Source: Octopus sinensis (Eukaryota). Taken from it: a stretch of 64,000 nt of DNA. The position numbers and the translations under genes are program-made. Positions within the stretch are counted from its first letter, which is position 1. Each line of letters opens with the position of its first letter. Under the pieces are notes generated by a model. It was not told the origin of the DNA. It was given only the letters and a program-made list of their open reading frames with translations, and searched no databases. Positions 42,284 through 55,692 of this stretch are shown here, one piece after another. The stretch is from the NCBI RefSeq assembly GCF_006345805.1, contig NC_043007.1, forward strand, positions 58,900,001-58,964,000, in the 5' to 3' direction.

Positions 42284-42512
42284 GGCACATGGCTCAGTGG
42301 TTAGAGCGTCGAGCTTACTATCATGAGGTTGTGAGCTCGAATCCCGGACCGGGCTGCATGTTGTGTTCTCGAGCAAGGCACTTTATTTCACATTGCTCCA
42401 GTTCACTCAGCTGTAGAAATGAGTTGCGACGTCACAGGTGCCAAGCTGTATCGACCTTTGTCTTTCCCTTGGATAACACTGGTGGCGTGGAGAGGGGAGG
42501 CTGGTTTGCATG
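42284..42512 (+). mobile_element. SINE family C (tRNA head, CORE-like body), CpG-intact
   Basis: A-box TGGCTCAGTGG, B-box-like GCTCGAATCCC, then GAGCAAGGCACTTTA..CTCAGCTGTAGAAATGAG. Confidence 0.85.
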
Positions 42513-42547
42513 TATATACACACACACACGTACATATAAATATATGT

Positions 42548-42579
<32 letters not shown>

Positions 42580-42585
42580 TGCATA

Positions 42586-42860
42586 TCAGCCTCGTCTGGC
42601 CCCTGTGCCGGTGGCACGTAAAAAGCACCAAACGACCATGGCCGTTTGCCAGCCCCGTCTGGCACCTGTGCCGGTGGCACGTAAAAAGCACCCACAAACT
42701 CATGGAGTGGTTGGCGTTAAGAAGGGCATCCAGCTGTAAAAACACTGCCAGATCAGACTGGGCCTGGTGCAGCCTTCTGGCTTCCCAGACCCCAGTTAAA
42801 CCGTCCAACCCATGCTAGCCTGGAAAGCGGACGCTAAATGATGATATGTGTATATATATA

Positions 42861-42898
<38 letters not shown>

Positions 42899-43420
42899 CA
42901 TACATACATACACACACATACATACATATGTATATTATATATATATACACATATAGATATATGTACATTATATATACATATCAGGCTCGTCTGGCCACCA
43001 TGCCGGTGGCACATAAATAGCACCATCCGATCGTGGTCGTTTGTCAGCCTCGTCTGGCACCTGAACAGTTGACACATAAAAAGCACCCACAAAATTCACG
43101 GAGTGGTTGGCGTTAGGAAGGGCATCCAGCTGTAAAAACACTGCCAGATCAGACTGGGCCTGGCGCAACCTTCTGGCATCCCAGACCCTAGTTGAACTGT
43201 CCAACCGATGCTAGCATGGAAAACGGCCGTTAAACGATGATGATGATGATGATGATGATGAACGACATGCATATAGATATATATATGTACATTATATATA
43301 TAGGCCCAGTCTGATCTGGCAGTGTTTCTACAGCTGGATGCCCTTCCTAACGCCAACCACTCCCTGAGTATAGTGGGTGCTTTTTACGTGCCACCAGCAC
43401 GGGGGCCAGACGAGGCCTGA
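42586..43420. mobile_element. Cluster of three RTE-tail elements (+, +, -)
   Basis: Copies at ~42586-42845 (+), ~42981-43260 (+) and ~43302-43420 (-). Confidence 0.85.
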
Positions 43421-43669
43421 TATATATGTACATCTCTATATATAAAACTGAAATGCGTTTCGACCACTTGGATCGCTTTCAAGTCCACTACATCCCGTCG
43501 GATTGACTCCAAAATTTACAGGGACATGTAAAACTGAGGTGACGATGTCCGTGGGCTAGGTTAGAAATCCTATCTTAAAAGGGTGTTTCTAGCAAAAAAA
43601 TCCACTTTGGCAAGTCCATTCCCATTCTTTTACGAATCTGTCTCCTCACTCACGCTATTCCTCCATTTC

Positions 43670-43769
43670 NNNNNNNNNNNNNNNNNNNNNNNNNNNNNNN
43701 NNNNNNNNNNNNNNNNNNNNNNNNNNNNNNNNNNNNNNNNNNNNNNNNNNNNNNNNNNNNNNNNNNNNN
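43670..43769. other. Assembly gap (100 N)
   Basis: Run of exactly 100 N. The true intron 2 length is therefore uncertain. Confidence 0.99.
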
Positions 43770-43907
43770 ATTATCTACAATAACCACATGGAAATTAATT
43801 AAAGGTATTTATTTAAATATACTTAACCATATCGAAGTGAAATGGAAATTAATAGAAATTTTCACTTCCAGTGGACTAGCGTGTAAAAATTTAGTCCAAA
43901 GACTATT

Positions 43908-44131
43908 GCTCATAAAATAGTGTACATTTAAACATAAGGAATCCACGCATAGGATTCAACACTCTAGAAAGAACAGCTAGGTTCTATAAGCATAAAATTA
44001 GGGATAAAATCGTTCCTGCCGGAACCTTATCCCTAATTTTGTGGTTATAGAACCTAGCTGTTCTTTCTATCGTGTTGAATCCCACGTGTGGATACCTTAA
44101 GTGTTAAATGTACACTGTATTTTATGTTAGC
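43908..44131. repeat. Long palindrome with ~100-bp arms (MITE-like fold-back)
   Basis: TAGAAAGAACAGCTAGGTTCTATAAGCATAAAATTAGGGATAA pairs with TTATCCCTAATTTTGTGGTTATAGAACCTAGCTGTTCTTTCTA, and pairing continues outward. Confidence 0.92.
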
Positions 44132-44231
44132 TTGGAATTATTATATTCCCTAACTATTAATATATATATATATATTTATATATATATATATGCGTATGCG
44201 TCTGTGTATATTATATATCTCTCTCTCTCTT

Positions 44232-44609
44232 TTTTTACTTGTTTCAGTCATTTTGACTGCGGCCATGCTGGCGCACCGCCTTTAATTGAGCAACTCGACC
44301 CCGGGACTTATTCTTTGTAAGCCCAGTACTTATTCTATCGGTTTCTTTTGCCGAACCGCTAAGTGGTAGGGACATAAACACACCAGCATCGGTTGTCAAG
44401 CAATGCTAGGGGAACAAACACAAACATACATATATATACATATATACGACGGGCTTCTTTCAGTTTCCGTCTACCAAATCCACTCACAAGGCTTTGGTCG
44501 GCCCGAGGCTATAGTAGAAGACACTTGTCCTAGGTGCCACGCAGTGGGACTGAACCCGTAACCATGTGGTTGGTAAACAAGCTACTTACCACACAGCCAC
44601 TCCTGCGCC
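44232..44609 (-). mobile_element. SINE family A, near-intact copy
   Basis: Head GGCGCAGGAGTGGCTGTGTGGTAAG (A-box), GGTTCAGTCCC (B-box), tail GGCGGTGCGCCAGCATGGCCGCAGTCAAAATGACTGAAACAAGTAAAA. Confidence 0.95.
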
Positions 44610-44664
44610 TATATATATGTGTGTGTGTGTATATTATATATATATAAACACGCACATTATATAT

Positions 44665-44940
44665 ATCTATTATATAAAATCCGCTGTGTCTGTCTTCTAG
44701 AATCTTGGGCATCCTCCATCCGATTGAGCTCAAATTTGATATGTAGATACCAACAGTATCAGGGCATGTATAAGTCTTGAAAAAATTACAAAAATCGATT
44801 CCAGGTGAGAATGCAATCGATAAAGCCGTGGGAACGTGCATTTGTATGCGCAAGTACATCAGCTGTTGTGATCGATACTACGTGTACGCAAGAAAAATGC
44901 CACAAAATGCAGTATATTTAATTTTCATCAAAAATTGACC
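44665..44940 (+). mobile_element. Helitron-like 5' fragment
   Basis: Starts A|TCTATTATATAAAA like the complete Helitron at 59642. A similar start occurs at ~43432. No 3' CTAG hairpin seen. Confidence 0.45.
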
Positions 44941-44957
44941 CAACATATATATATAGT

Positions 44958-45232
44958 GAAGGCGTGTGGCTTAGTGCTTAGGACATTCGGCTCATGATTG
45001 TCAGGACATGAGTTCAACTCCTAGAGATGTGTCCTTGAGCAAGACAGTTTATCTCATGCCGTTCCAGTCCACTGAGCTTGCAAAAATGAGTAGTACCTGT
45101 ATTTCAAAGGGCTGATCATGTTACACTGTGTCATGCTGATTCTACCTGAGAACGACTTGTATGTTAATTCCATGAGAAAGGTGTTTCATTGATCCTATCA
45201 GCTAGGATCCTCATCGTTGTAACTGACGGAGT
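44958..45232 (+). mobile_element. tRNA-derived CORE-like SINE
   Basis: GGCGTGTGGCTTAGTG head, GAGTTCAACTCC B-box, TCCTTGAGCAAGACA body. Confidence 0.7.
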
Positions 45233-45257
45233 GCGTGTGTGTGTGTGTGTGTGTATA

Positions 45258-45296
<39 letters not shown>

Positions 45297-47095
45297 AGAG
45301 AGAGAGAGAGAGAGGGTTCATAACATAGGCTGTATATACATCATATATTGGATGCTCCCTATTAATAGTATGCATAATATTTATACACAATATATAACTT
45401 ATGTACTATTACAGGCACAGGTGTGCTATGTGGTTAAGAAGTTTGTTTCACAACCACATTGTTTTGGCACCTGTGTGAGTGCCTACTATAGGCCCAAGTG
45501 TATTAATCTTTGTGAGTGGATTTGGTAGACAAAAGCGGAACAAAGTGCATTGTGTGCACGCACATGCATTTCTCTTTTTCAGGACATTGTGCGATAGTTG
45601 TAAATGAGTATCAGTCACACAAAAGGTGTCTATTTCCAATCTTGTATGGAAACATGTTGGGCCAAAGTGTACCTTACATGAAAACAGGTGAAGATTGGTG
45701 ACAGAAAGGGCATCCAGTTGTAGAATAACTACTTCAATGAATTCCATTCAACCCATGCAATTATATAAAAGTAGATGTTGAAACGATACAATTTACATAA
45801 AATATACATGTGTGTGTGTGTGTAAGACATGCTTATAACATACATATGTAAGATACATATACAATATACTAAGTACATATATAGACATTGTACAAATATA
45901 TTTAGATACAACACACACACTCAGCAAATATATGTGCATACACACACACATGCGTGCACAGATATATACTCAAACAAAAATATACTTACATATATACATG
46001 CATATATTTACACACACAATCAACAGATATACGTGTGTGTGTGTGTGTAATATATAAAATATATATTGTGAAAAATCTCCAATATCTGCTTTGGCATTGT
46101 TTCTCCAGCTGAATGCCCTTCCTAACATCATCCACTTTACAGGGTACACTGGGTACATTTTACATGGTATCAGCACCAGTGAGTTTATCAAGTAACTTTT
46201 GAGTAGGGTGTAATATTGAGGTGGCTTTATGCCAGGTGATGAGGTGTTAAAGTACGAAGGGGGAGGGGTCCAGGAACAGGTGTCTTGCAGGGAAGATACA
46301 TGGGGTATCCCAATTGTAAAAGGAGTATGGTCTGGGCATATGAAAAAAGGGAAGTGGCATGGGTGGCTAAGTTCATTTGAGTATCAGATGGATAGGAGAA
46401 GCAGTGAGTGGTGAACATGGGTGACAGCAAGGTCAATCGGGAATATCTGTCGGAGGGGAAAGTGGATGAAATAGGCGGCAGCAGCAAGATGCTAAGTTTA
46501 TATATGTAGTACATGATATACAATACAATATATAATGTACATTACATAATACATACAACATATGTAAAACATAATATGCATATACAGAAAACACAGTGTG
46601 GGTATATACCATATTATACATGTACACAATATGTAACATATACATATGCAGTATATAATGTATATAACAAATACACACACACATACATAATATAACATAT
46701 AAAATGCATAAGATTATATATACCAAAAGGTATTCACCTTAGTTAAGGCATATGGCACATATCACACACAAGATACATATACCATACATACAATATGTAA
46801 GGTATATTATATAAAATACGTTACGTATATTATACAACATATGTACAATATGTATGTGTGTATGTATATGATATAAATATGAATTTTAATATATACAATG
46901 TATATGTATACACAATAGAGAATGTATACACTATATACACAATATATAACGTACATAATATGCATATATATCTAGTATATATATAATATAAATTAATAGA
47001 TATTACATATATTTAACATTTATAATATACAGATATATACACATGAAATCTACTGCATAATACTTATCACAATGACAGTGTGCATATGTACTTAC

Positions 47096-47136
47096 CCTTG
47101 TAACACTTTGAGCAGAGCCCAAGGGTTTTGGGAGAC
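47096..47136 (-). CDS. ZFAND3: ZFAND3 coding exon 2, 41 nt (G-SPKTLGLCSKCYK-E), second half of the A20 finger
   Basis: tttttcag|G TCT CCC AAA ACC CTT GGG CTC TGC TCA AAG TGT TAC AAG G|gtaagt. Phase 2 in matches exon 1 and completes CPCGFWG..LCSKC. Confidence 0.93.
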
Positions 47137-48578
47137 CTGAAAAATATTGTATAATGTCGTTTGTCTATGATCCTTATAATTATTTTAAGAAAAAAATGTA
47201 AACAAAAACACTAAAAAAACAAACCAATTATCGAGTAATATATTTATTTCACTATATTATTAATATAATTTATTATGATATTAAAAAAACAACAACTAAG
47301 TCTACAATTAAAGAAATTAGAAATCCTGGAAGTGCGTTCTTGTGGTCAAAAAGGAGAAAAATTATTTGAAAGCATGAACGAGAGGTTAATATCAGCAGAC
47401 AATGATAGCAAAGAATAGCAATACTACTACTACTAGTAAGTAGTAGTAGTGGGGGTAGCTGAAATAACTAATAAGGACTTGTCTCTCATAATACTAATTA
47501 GTGCAGCAACAATATAGAGGAGAAATACTAATGACCATTTCTGTCACACGTAAAAGTCAATCAGTTCTTATAGGCGTTTCTATAATGTTTGTACATTTCA
47601 CAGAAACATTAGCAACGTCAGTCGAAAGAGGAAACAGTTCCCAGCCAAGAATCGAAACTAAGTCCGTCTGTCGAATTAAGTGCATCTCCACACAAGCACA
47701 AAGATCACAAACCTATCGAAGTGATAGCGACTGTGACATTTATAGTACACTTATTACTATTATTCATTTTCTACTACTGCTGCTACTACTACCACAATAG
47801 AGAGGCGAGCTTCTGGGGAGGGGAATATACGACCTGGTTTACTTTTGTTGCCTTACTAATACTATTTATCCCTCACTCATAAATCTAGGGTCTTTTACCT
47901 TTCAAAAAGAGATCATTACCGTCTCCATCGCCTAGCTATATTCAAGATTTTCAAATATTCTGTAGTCAATACACACACACACGTGTGTGTGTGTGTGCAT
48001 TCCATAGAAGATTAGTTGTGAATGTAAGACAATGGCATCAAAGAAGGTCAGGTAAATGACTTTTCCCACAGAACCACTAAGTTCTATGAAAGACAATATA
48101 AACTGGCCTAGTTGTCAATGCTTACACGAGAAAACTGTTACTAAACGAAATGTTTGGTTGGGTACATCCAAGCAGTAAACTATCATATTTAGGGATGGTT
48201 AGAAGGATGGAGTCATTGTAGTGTTGAATCAAGTTTAACTAGAGACTACAATGTCCAAAGACTGGAATAGGAGTCGATATTAAAACTTCCATCCATCTGT
48301 GTTAGTGGGGGGGGGCAGGTTGGTTGGAGGAGGGAGAAACAGTAGTTTGAACTAGTATTTTTTAAAAAGTATATAGAAACTTGTGAGAGCCACTCCATTA
48401 ATCTTAAAGTTTACTATTAGGATAGAGAAGGGCTAACATAACTGCAACAAAAGCGAGATAAAATTTTGTAGAATCTTTACAGAAATGTTGGAATGGTTTT
48501 CTGATTGTATCAGACATCTAAAGTATATCCAAAAATATTGGAGTCCAACTATTCATTGCGAGATAGAATTTGATAAAC

Positions 48579-48668
<90 letters not shown>

Positions 48669-49054
48669 ATATTTGTATACATCTATGTATATGTGTGTGT
48701 GTATTACACACATCTGCGGTTTGGTATACTGACCAAAACCTGACTACCTGCTTGGTTTAACCCTAAATAAATTTCCTCCAAAAAAAGGAGTCAGCCAGCA
48801 GAGTGACCACATTAACTGCAGGCTCCCCAAATTCATAATAATCAACGATCCTGAAGAACTTTTCATTATCATTTAAAAATATGTAACATAACAGCTATTG
48901 CTGAATAATTTTGTTGTTATCCATATTCATTTCATGCTCACAGTATCCAAAAAGTTCTGATCGTTTACATTTTCATAACCATTACACAATTTACAATTGC
49001 TTATTTTGCAGTCTTCCAAAACCAGACATTTGCCATGCATGATTATAATATAAT

Positions 49055-49262
49055 GGTTTCAAATTTTGACACAAGGCCAGCAAGTTCGGCGGGGGGAGTC
49101 AATTATATCGACCCTAGTGTTCAACTGGTACATATTTTTATCAACCCCGAAAGGATGGAAGGCAAAGGCGACCTCGACGGAATTTGAACTCAGAACATGA
49201 AGACAGACGAAATATCACTTAGCATTTTGCCTAGAATGCTAGCGATTCTGATAGCTCGCCAC
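49055..49262 (-). mobile_element. SINE family B, CpG-intact
   Basis: Minus strand GGCGAGCT..GTTCTGAGTTCAAATTCCGTCGAGGTCGCCTTTGCCTTCCATCCTTTCGGGGTTGATAAAA. A diverged copy lies at ~53630-53812. Confidence 0.88.
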
Positions 49263-49999
49263 TTAATAATGTCTTGTTTTCGTGAGTTTAATTTCTATCC
49301 CTTAAGAGATTTGGATTTCCCCCTTGAATTGTTTATTTCTTTCTCTCGCACGCACACATACACACACGCATGTGTATAAAATTGTTTTCCTTATACGAAG
49401 AATTTTGAATTATTATATCCCTCATTACACTAATTAGCATACAACTATTAAAATCATTTTTCAAGATACACGGGTCATTGTCTTTCATGTGTCTACTCTA
49501 TCAGGGAATCAGAAAACTGAATAACAACTGGAAGATAATCCAAGTAATGATATGACACTCAGCTGACCATAAACTATTAACAATGAAAAGGAATAAAATG
49601 CTTTAAAAGCTAGGCAATAATGACTACCAAATCAATGTATTCTCAATACATCGCACATTTTCTCTCTTCCTTTGTCACTACCAATACCCTAACCCTCTTC
49701 GACACGGGAGAATTTACTTTTTTCTGTTTCTAAACACTTGTATCACTACACGACTTCAACACGAAAATAACGGCTCAATATTTCCAGCTCGAAGTTTTTT
49801 GGGTTTTTTTGTAACGCTTTCATTAGCTCATTAAGTAGCAACTAACAGGGTTTAGTTTCAAAAACCCTTTGAAAAAGCACAAAAGTCAATGCCGTACACA
49901 TATCCACCATAAATTTGGGGTATCTACAAGACAGAGACAGCAAAAATTCGTATATACAAATTGCATATGTAAGCAATACACTCCTATTTCACTATCATG

Positions 50000-50051
<52 letters not shown>

Positions 50052-51060
50052 TACAGACCTTCCATACATAACTTATTCATATACATTTTACTATTGTGGT
50101 TATAAAGACACGATTATTAATGTGTATACACATATTATATATTTGTCATAAATATGTATATGGCCTCCACAGTTTAAATCTAGCGTTTTTTATTTTTTAG
50201 TATATTTTCTATTTATCCTACATTTTCAATGCCCATCTCCAACAGGTGACGACAAATCATTTTAGGTGTGGTTCACCAAGATGTACGGACGAACTCTCAC
50301 AAATAAATTTCTTTAGAAATTACATTTGTTAGGATTCAGTGTCACAAAGCTAAGTATGTTTTTGTGTAACTTCTTTCTCTTTGGCAACCAAAATTAAACC
50401 ACACAATCGTCTTTGACATCTTTCAATGATATACAGCCTAGTTTCTATTCTATAAAGAAGTTCCCAAACAACAAAATGGTTAGATATTTGAATAATTAGT
50501 TCAGTTCCAATATTATAAACCAACCATAGATCTTCCTCTTAAATCAGGGCAAATGCACAGAAGACATTCACTCATCAACTCAATGGTCTGAAAGACCCCC
50601 CCCCACCATATGTAAATATCCTCCCACCGCAGATCTATATAGCCATGTCTATTATATAAACGATTTCGTCTTTAGAAGAAAGGCATTCTAATTCATTATG
50701 AGTAAAATATTATTAGCATCCATAAAGGAAGAGTGACATAAGAGGCATCAGGAGCAGCTAGCATGGCAAATATAAGGCGAGTAAGGTGAATACTTTGCTT
50801 TGTTTTGCTTTTCTTATTTAAAATACAAGAAAAGAAAGAAAAATAGGACATGTCTCAGACACATACACACACAATAGAAACTTTATTGCGGAAATTAAAA
50901 TGTCTTGTTATTGATAGAGGAGTGAGAAGGAGGAAGAGACAACCCGACACTAAAGAGCGAATCCAAGAAAGATAAAAAGAGCAAAATTAAACATGTGAGA
51001 GATGGTGGGGGGAGACAGAGGTCCACCCTTTTTCGCTTATGTATGTGTGTGTATATATAT

Positions 51061-51096
<36 letters not shown>

Positions 51097-51306
51097 TGTC
51101 ACACATATACGTGTATATATTTATAAAATATCCCTTACTGATCGTTCGTATCAGTTCCTCCCTTCTTGATCGCTCTAATTAGGTTAACTTAGAGAAACTA
51201 GAAGAATAACGTGAAACATGGAACGAAAGAAAAATATAACTAAATATAAAAAACAGAAAATAAAATAAACACAAAACCATGACAGAACAAAGCAATGGTG
51301 TCTTAC

Positions 51307-51359
51307 CCCCAAAATCCACAAGGGCATCTAGGCGGTTCACTGCTGCTCGATTCTTCCAT
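51307..51359 (-). CDS. ZFAND3: ZFAND3-type A20/AN1 zinc finger protein, coding exon 1 (MEESSSSEPPRCPCGFW-G)
   Basis: Minus strand reads ATG GAA GAA TCG AGC AGC AGT GAA CCG CCT AGA TGC CCT TGT GGA TTT TGG GG|GTAAGA. PPRCPCGFWG is the characteristic start of the ZFAND3 A20 finger. Phase-2 donor. Confidence 0.93.
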
Positions 51360-51479
51360 CAAAAATTATTATTATTAATTTTGTTTCTAGAAAAAAAAAA
51401 TTCCGCAGCTAAATTGGGGTGGACGGAAATATATATATATATATATATATTGTGTGTATGTATGGCTTGCGTTGGTCGG

Positions 51480-51760
51480 ATGGAGTTAACCCAGTGTAAC
51501 GGTGGTGGTGCGCTACTGTAGTGCTGCCGTGCAACAGCTTCCGCCTCTCTCACATTACTTTCTAACTCCTTTCTCTTTCATAGTCCATGTCTTCTATTTC
51601 TATATCACTTATGTCGTTCCCTGTTTCTGTTTTTATCTGTCTCCCTCACTTCATCCGCCTCACATCCGCACTGAAAACGAGGCTTTGGTGTGACTTCCGG
51701 GTCAATGCTACCTAAACGGAAACAGAAGTTGACGTAAAAAGGAAAAAAAGGTAACAGTAA
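51480..51760 (-). promoter_or_regulatory. Probable ZFAND3 promoter / 5'UTR region
   Basis: Locally CpG-rich unique sequence just upstream of the ATG exon. ETS-type CCGGAAGT (51693-51700, minus), GCGGAAG near 51540 and TGACGT near 51730. TSS cannot be located. Confidence 0.55.
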
Positions 51761-54700
51761 CGTGATACAGAGAGAGAAAGACGGTTGGGAAAATAAAGAA
51801 ATAAATAAACTCAAATTTATTACTAAGAAACAGTGTGTGTGCATATATATAAACTTTTAAAAGGAAGACGAAAGAGATGCAGGAACTGAAGTGAAAAGAC
51901 AAAAAGTGTCGAAGAGTTAGGCGAAGTTACTGAACTAATACAAACACTTAACGAGTATTCATAACCTTTAGAGTCCCGTCATACTAAAAACTGATTTATA
52001 TTTTATTTTTAACCTTTAATATATATCCCATCTCTCCTCTTCATATATAAACCTATTTCGATAAAAAAAGAAAAATTAATCTAAACACACGCACAGACAC
52101 TATTATATTTCGAATTCAGTCAGATCGCTTTCGCTTTTCGTCTATTTGGGAATTGATAAAAATGATACTGTAATCCACTGAGTTCGATTTAATCGACTTT
52201 TCTTCCCCTTATGTGCTGACTCGTTATATACGATATTAGAGATCCGTCGTTTATAACTTTAACCTTTAACGAATTTTTCAGAATAAAAATATGCAAAATA
52301 TGAATTGTTCGGAAAAAAAAAAATCTCTATGGGTATATACACACACCAGATTTTATACATCAATGTACACAGATTTCTTTATTATATACTAGGTATTAAT
52401 TTTTTAATTGTCTTCACACGGGTCATGTTTGGACATTACGAAGTAGAAACATTTTGTAATATTTCACAAATCAATTTACTGACAATCTTCAAAATTTACC
52501 TCCTAAATTTTATTGCTTAAGACAATAGCTTTGTTCTTAATATGTACAGTCATCAAAAATAAATCTAAACCGATATATTTGATGCATTTTCAAATCAGAA
52601 AATCAAATTGTACTTATTATTTTCTCTATTTCATTCGCTAAGTTAGGATTCCATAAGTTATGATTTAAAACACTTAGTATTCATTGAGTAAATTAAAGAG
52701 ATTACGGTAAATGAAAACAAAAAATTCTCTTCATCACTGAGCGAATAATCAGTCTTCTTTCCTTTACAGGCAATAATTATACAAATTATGGAGCTAAAAT
52801 GGCTGAATTATTACCAGGATTGGATTTTATTGATTGCTTTCTGAATTTATCTGACCGTCATATATACTAGCAAAAGGTGTTTATTGTTAATAAAGAATTG
52901 TTTGAGGTGTGTTTTATAACTATATAATGTTACCTACACATATCTTCCAGTAGAGTTCATTATCTAGTAGCCATAGCACTTAGTAGGTACCCCTACTAAC
53001 AATTTAAACCCAGCCAAATGCCAGTTTAAACCACATTCCTTTTGTGCTAGTGATGCCTTTCTGTTCCCTTCTGAGTGAGTGATTAAGCAATGGAAGTAAA
53101 ATCCCTACAGGATCACAGAAGTCGACACAGGAAATTTATTATCGCTATTTATTTATTCAATAGTAAACAGCTGTGAGACATTCAAAATGGTAAAACTGCG
53201 CTGAAATTTCATGTAATTCTTGTTAAATACTAATTTGGAGCCTTAAACTTTTACTTATATAGACATGTTTAATATGTGAGTTTATGAACACCCGTTCTAT
53301 ATGATTATAGATATGTATACATAAATGCACATATATGTAATACACACACGTGTGCGTGTACTATATCTATATATATAGTACACGCACACGTGTGTGTGTA
53401 TTACATACATACACACACACATACATATATATATAAAATTTGTGTATATACATTGAGATTTGTCTGCCAATACATTCATTAGTAGAAGCGACAATAATTT
53501 TCTACATGTAAATAGAATTCACCGTGATTAGGGTTGGGAAGGGGATGGCAACCAGTGAGAAGCAGTATTTTTCTTGAATTCTTTATTTATCAAATGGAAA
53601 AATGTTTTCCGACCATTCTCAGAATATAATAATGGCATGAGAACAGCAATTTTGAGGGGAGGGGATTTGTTGCTACCATCGATCATATTGACTGGTGCTA
53701 TATTTTATCAAAGGTGAAAACCAAAGTTTTGACGTCGGCGAGATTTGAACTCAGAACACAAGAGTTGGAACAAAAATCGCAAGGCCGACGCTCTAACAAC
53801 TTCGCCAGCTTGTCTAGAACATTTTTGCGGTTTATGAACACAATTTGAAAGTGGAATATACAATCAGTATTGAAATTTTGAAAAACAAAATCCACAATCG
53901 TAATCGCAGTATTTTTCTCTATGTATACCTCTCAAATTGAATTTTGAAAAAAGGTTTTTTCTTGAAACAAAATTGGAGGGGAAGGGACTTTATCTTTTGG
54001 CCATATAATTTCCGTTGGTTGAAAACAGGAATTTGAAGAATTGTTTGAAAAAAAAAAAGAAGACGGGGATGTGGGGTTCAAATTCGACACTTCCTCTGTT
54101 ATAAGATATAACCTTATCCACAAACCTTCGGATTTGTTTACAAAATCTAATACACCTCAATGATGAGAAAAAATATTTTCCAAAGTATATTTTTAAGATT
54201 TGATCTGAATACGACTAAAATAGAACAAGAGGCATTTTTATAATTTATGATGTTAATATTTGAGCTTTTTGAGACTCAATCAGACTATTGTTAAAAGTCA
54301 ATTTATCGGAAATAAAATCTTTCTCGGTTATAAATTAACTGGTTCCTTTCGGGGTTCACGAATCTTAAGGTTTACTTGTGTCAGTTTGCGCAGTCTGAGC
54401 AGTGTCTAAATTTAGTTGAATATATATATATATATACTACATAAGTACACTTATATACACATAAACATGATATATGTATATTATTTATAGATGTATATAT
54501 TTATACATTGTGTATATATGCTTGTGTTTATATATATATATCGGAAAAGCGGAAAATAAAAATAATTAAAATCGTGTTTTCACACGTCTTATAGTAATGT
54601 TCACCGAGGGTTAATAAGGATCCAAGTGCCAGGTTGATCGTTATGTCTCCGATTCTTTTTTTTTTTTTTTTGCTTTCTCTCTTGCTCTCCCTAACAACAC

Positions 54701-54783
54701 CTCTTATCTTCTATCTGGCTGCTTTGCGTGATGGTGAGTGTATTATACTTGGGGTCCCCGTCTTTACGTTCCGTGTTTATCAC

Positions 54784-54960
54784 CGTGATGATGATGATGA
54801 TGATGGTGATGACGATGCCGACGATGAAAATTACAATAGTAACAATAAAGGAAGAGGGGGGAGGACAGTAGTAGTAGTAGTAGTAAGAAGAAGAGGAAAA
54901 AGAAGAAGAAAAAGACAATAATAGTCGTAGTAGTAACAATCGGTAACAGCAGCAGTGGTG
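54784..54960. repeat. Compound trinucleotide repeats (GAT)n/(GTA)n/(GAA)n
   Basis: Seen directly. Confidence 0.85.
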
Positions 54961-55597
54961 GGTAGCGGCAAGAGTAAATAAGAATGTGGTGAAAGCCTTC
55001 GACAATAGACCACGTGACTAGCAACTGGAAAACGTCATAAGTGCAATAAAATGTAGCTGGCTGGCTGGCTGGTTGACTCGTCAGTTGTGTTTGCTTTTAT
55101 CATTATCCTTGTTTACTTGTTATTGTTGTGCTGTTATTTATTTCTTTTTACTCATTTTCAATTATTTGTTGATTTGATTATTTATTCGTTCCATTGTCGG
55201 CGACTGCCATTACCACAATCAGAACTAGGTCGAAACTTGTAATTTTTATTTATGTTCTCACTTTTTCTACATACCACCTTTTCGTTCTCTTGTCTTTCTC
55301 TTTTACTCTTTCTCTCTATATATACCTCTCTGTCCCTGTCTGTCTGTCTGTCTCTTTTCTCTGGCCTGTTGAACTCTCTCCCTGACCTTGTTTTCTTCAT
55401 TCACAATCTTTTCACATTTACACACTTCTATTGACGCACACACATATATATATATATACATGTTTTCTCTTTCACAAATTCAGAAACGTGAACGTTTTCT
55501 TTGGCATTTTTGTTTCTTATTTTATGAGTATACTTTTCTTATAAACAAGTGTTTATTGAATTTGTGTTTTCATTTAAATATATGCACGGTAGTCCTG

Positions 55598-55692
<95 letters not shown>

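Noticed and set aside
37677-42290. Many Y/I/M/H-rich ORFs here and at 6.4-7.4, 57.5-58.0 and 59.1-60.8 kb
   Set aside because: They are translations of (TA)n/(TACA)n repeats and the minisatellite, with no coding signal.
42284-42360. tRNA gene
   Set aside because: A and B boxes are present but run into a SINE body; no acceptor stem.
52980-52999. 8-bp hairpin TTAGTAGG-TACC-CCTACTAA
   Set aside because: Short and isolated; plausible by chance in 64 kb.
54634-55024. ORFs with poly-D/H/V/L tracts
   Set aside because: Translations of trinucleotide repeats in several frames, with no domain or splice support.
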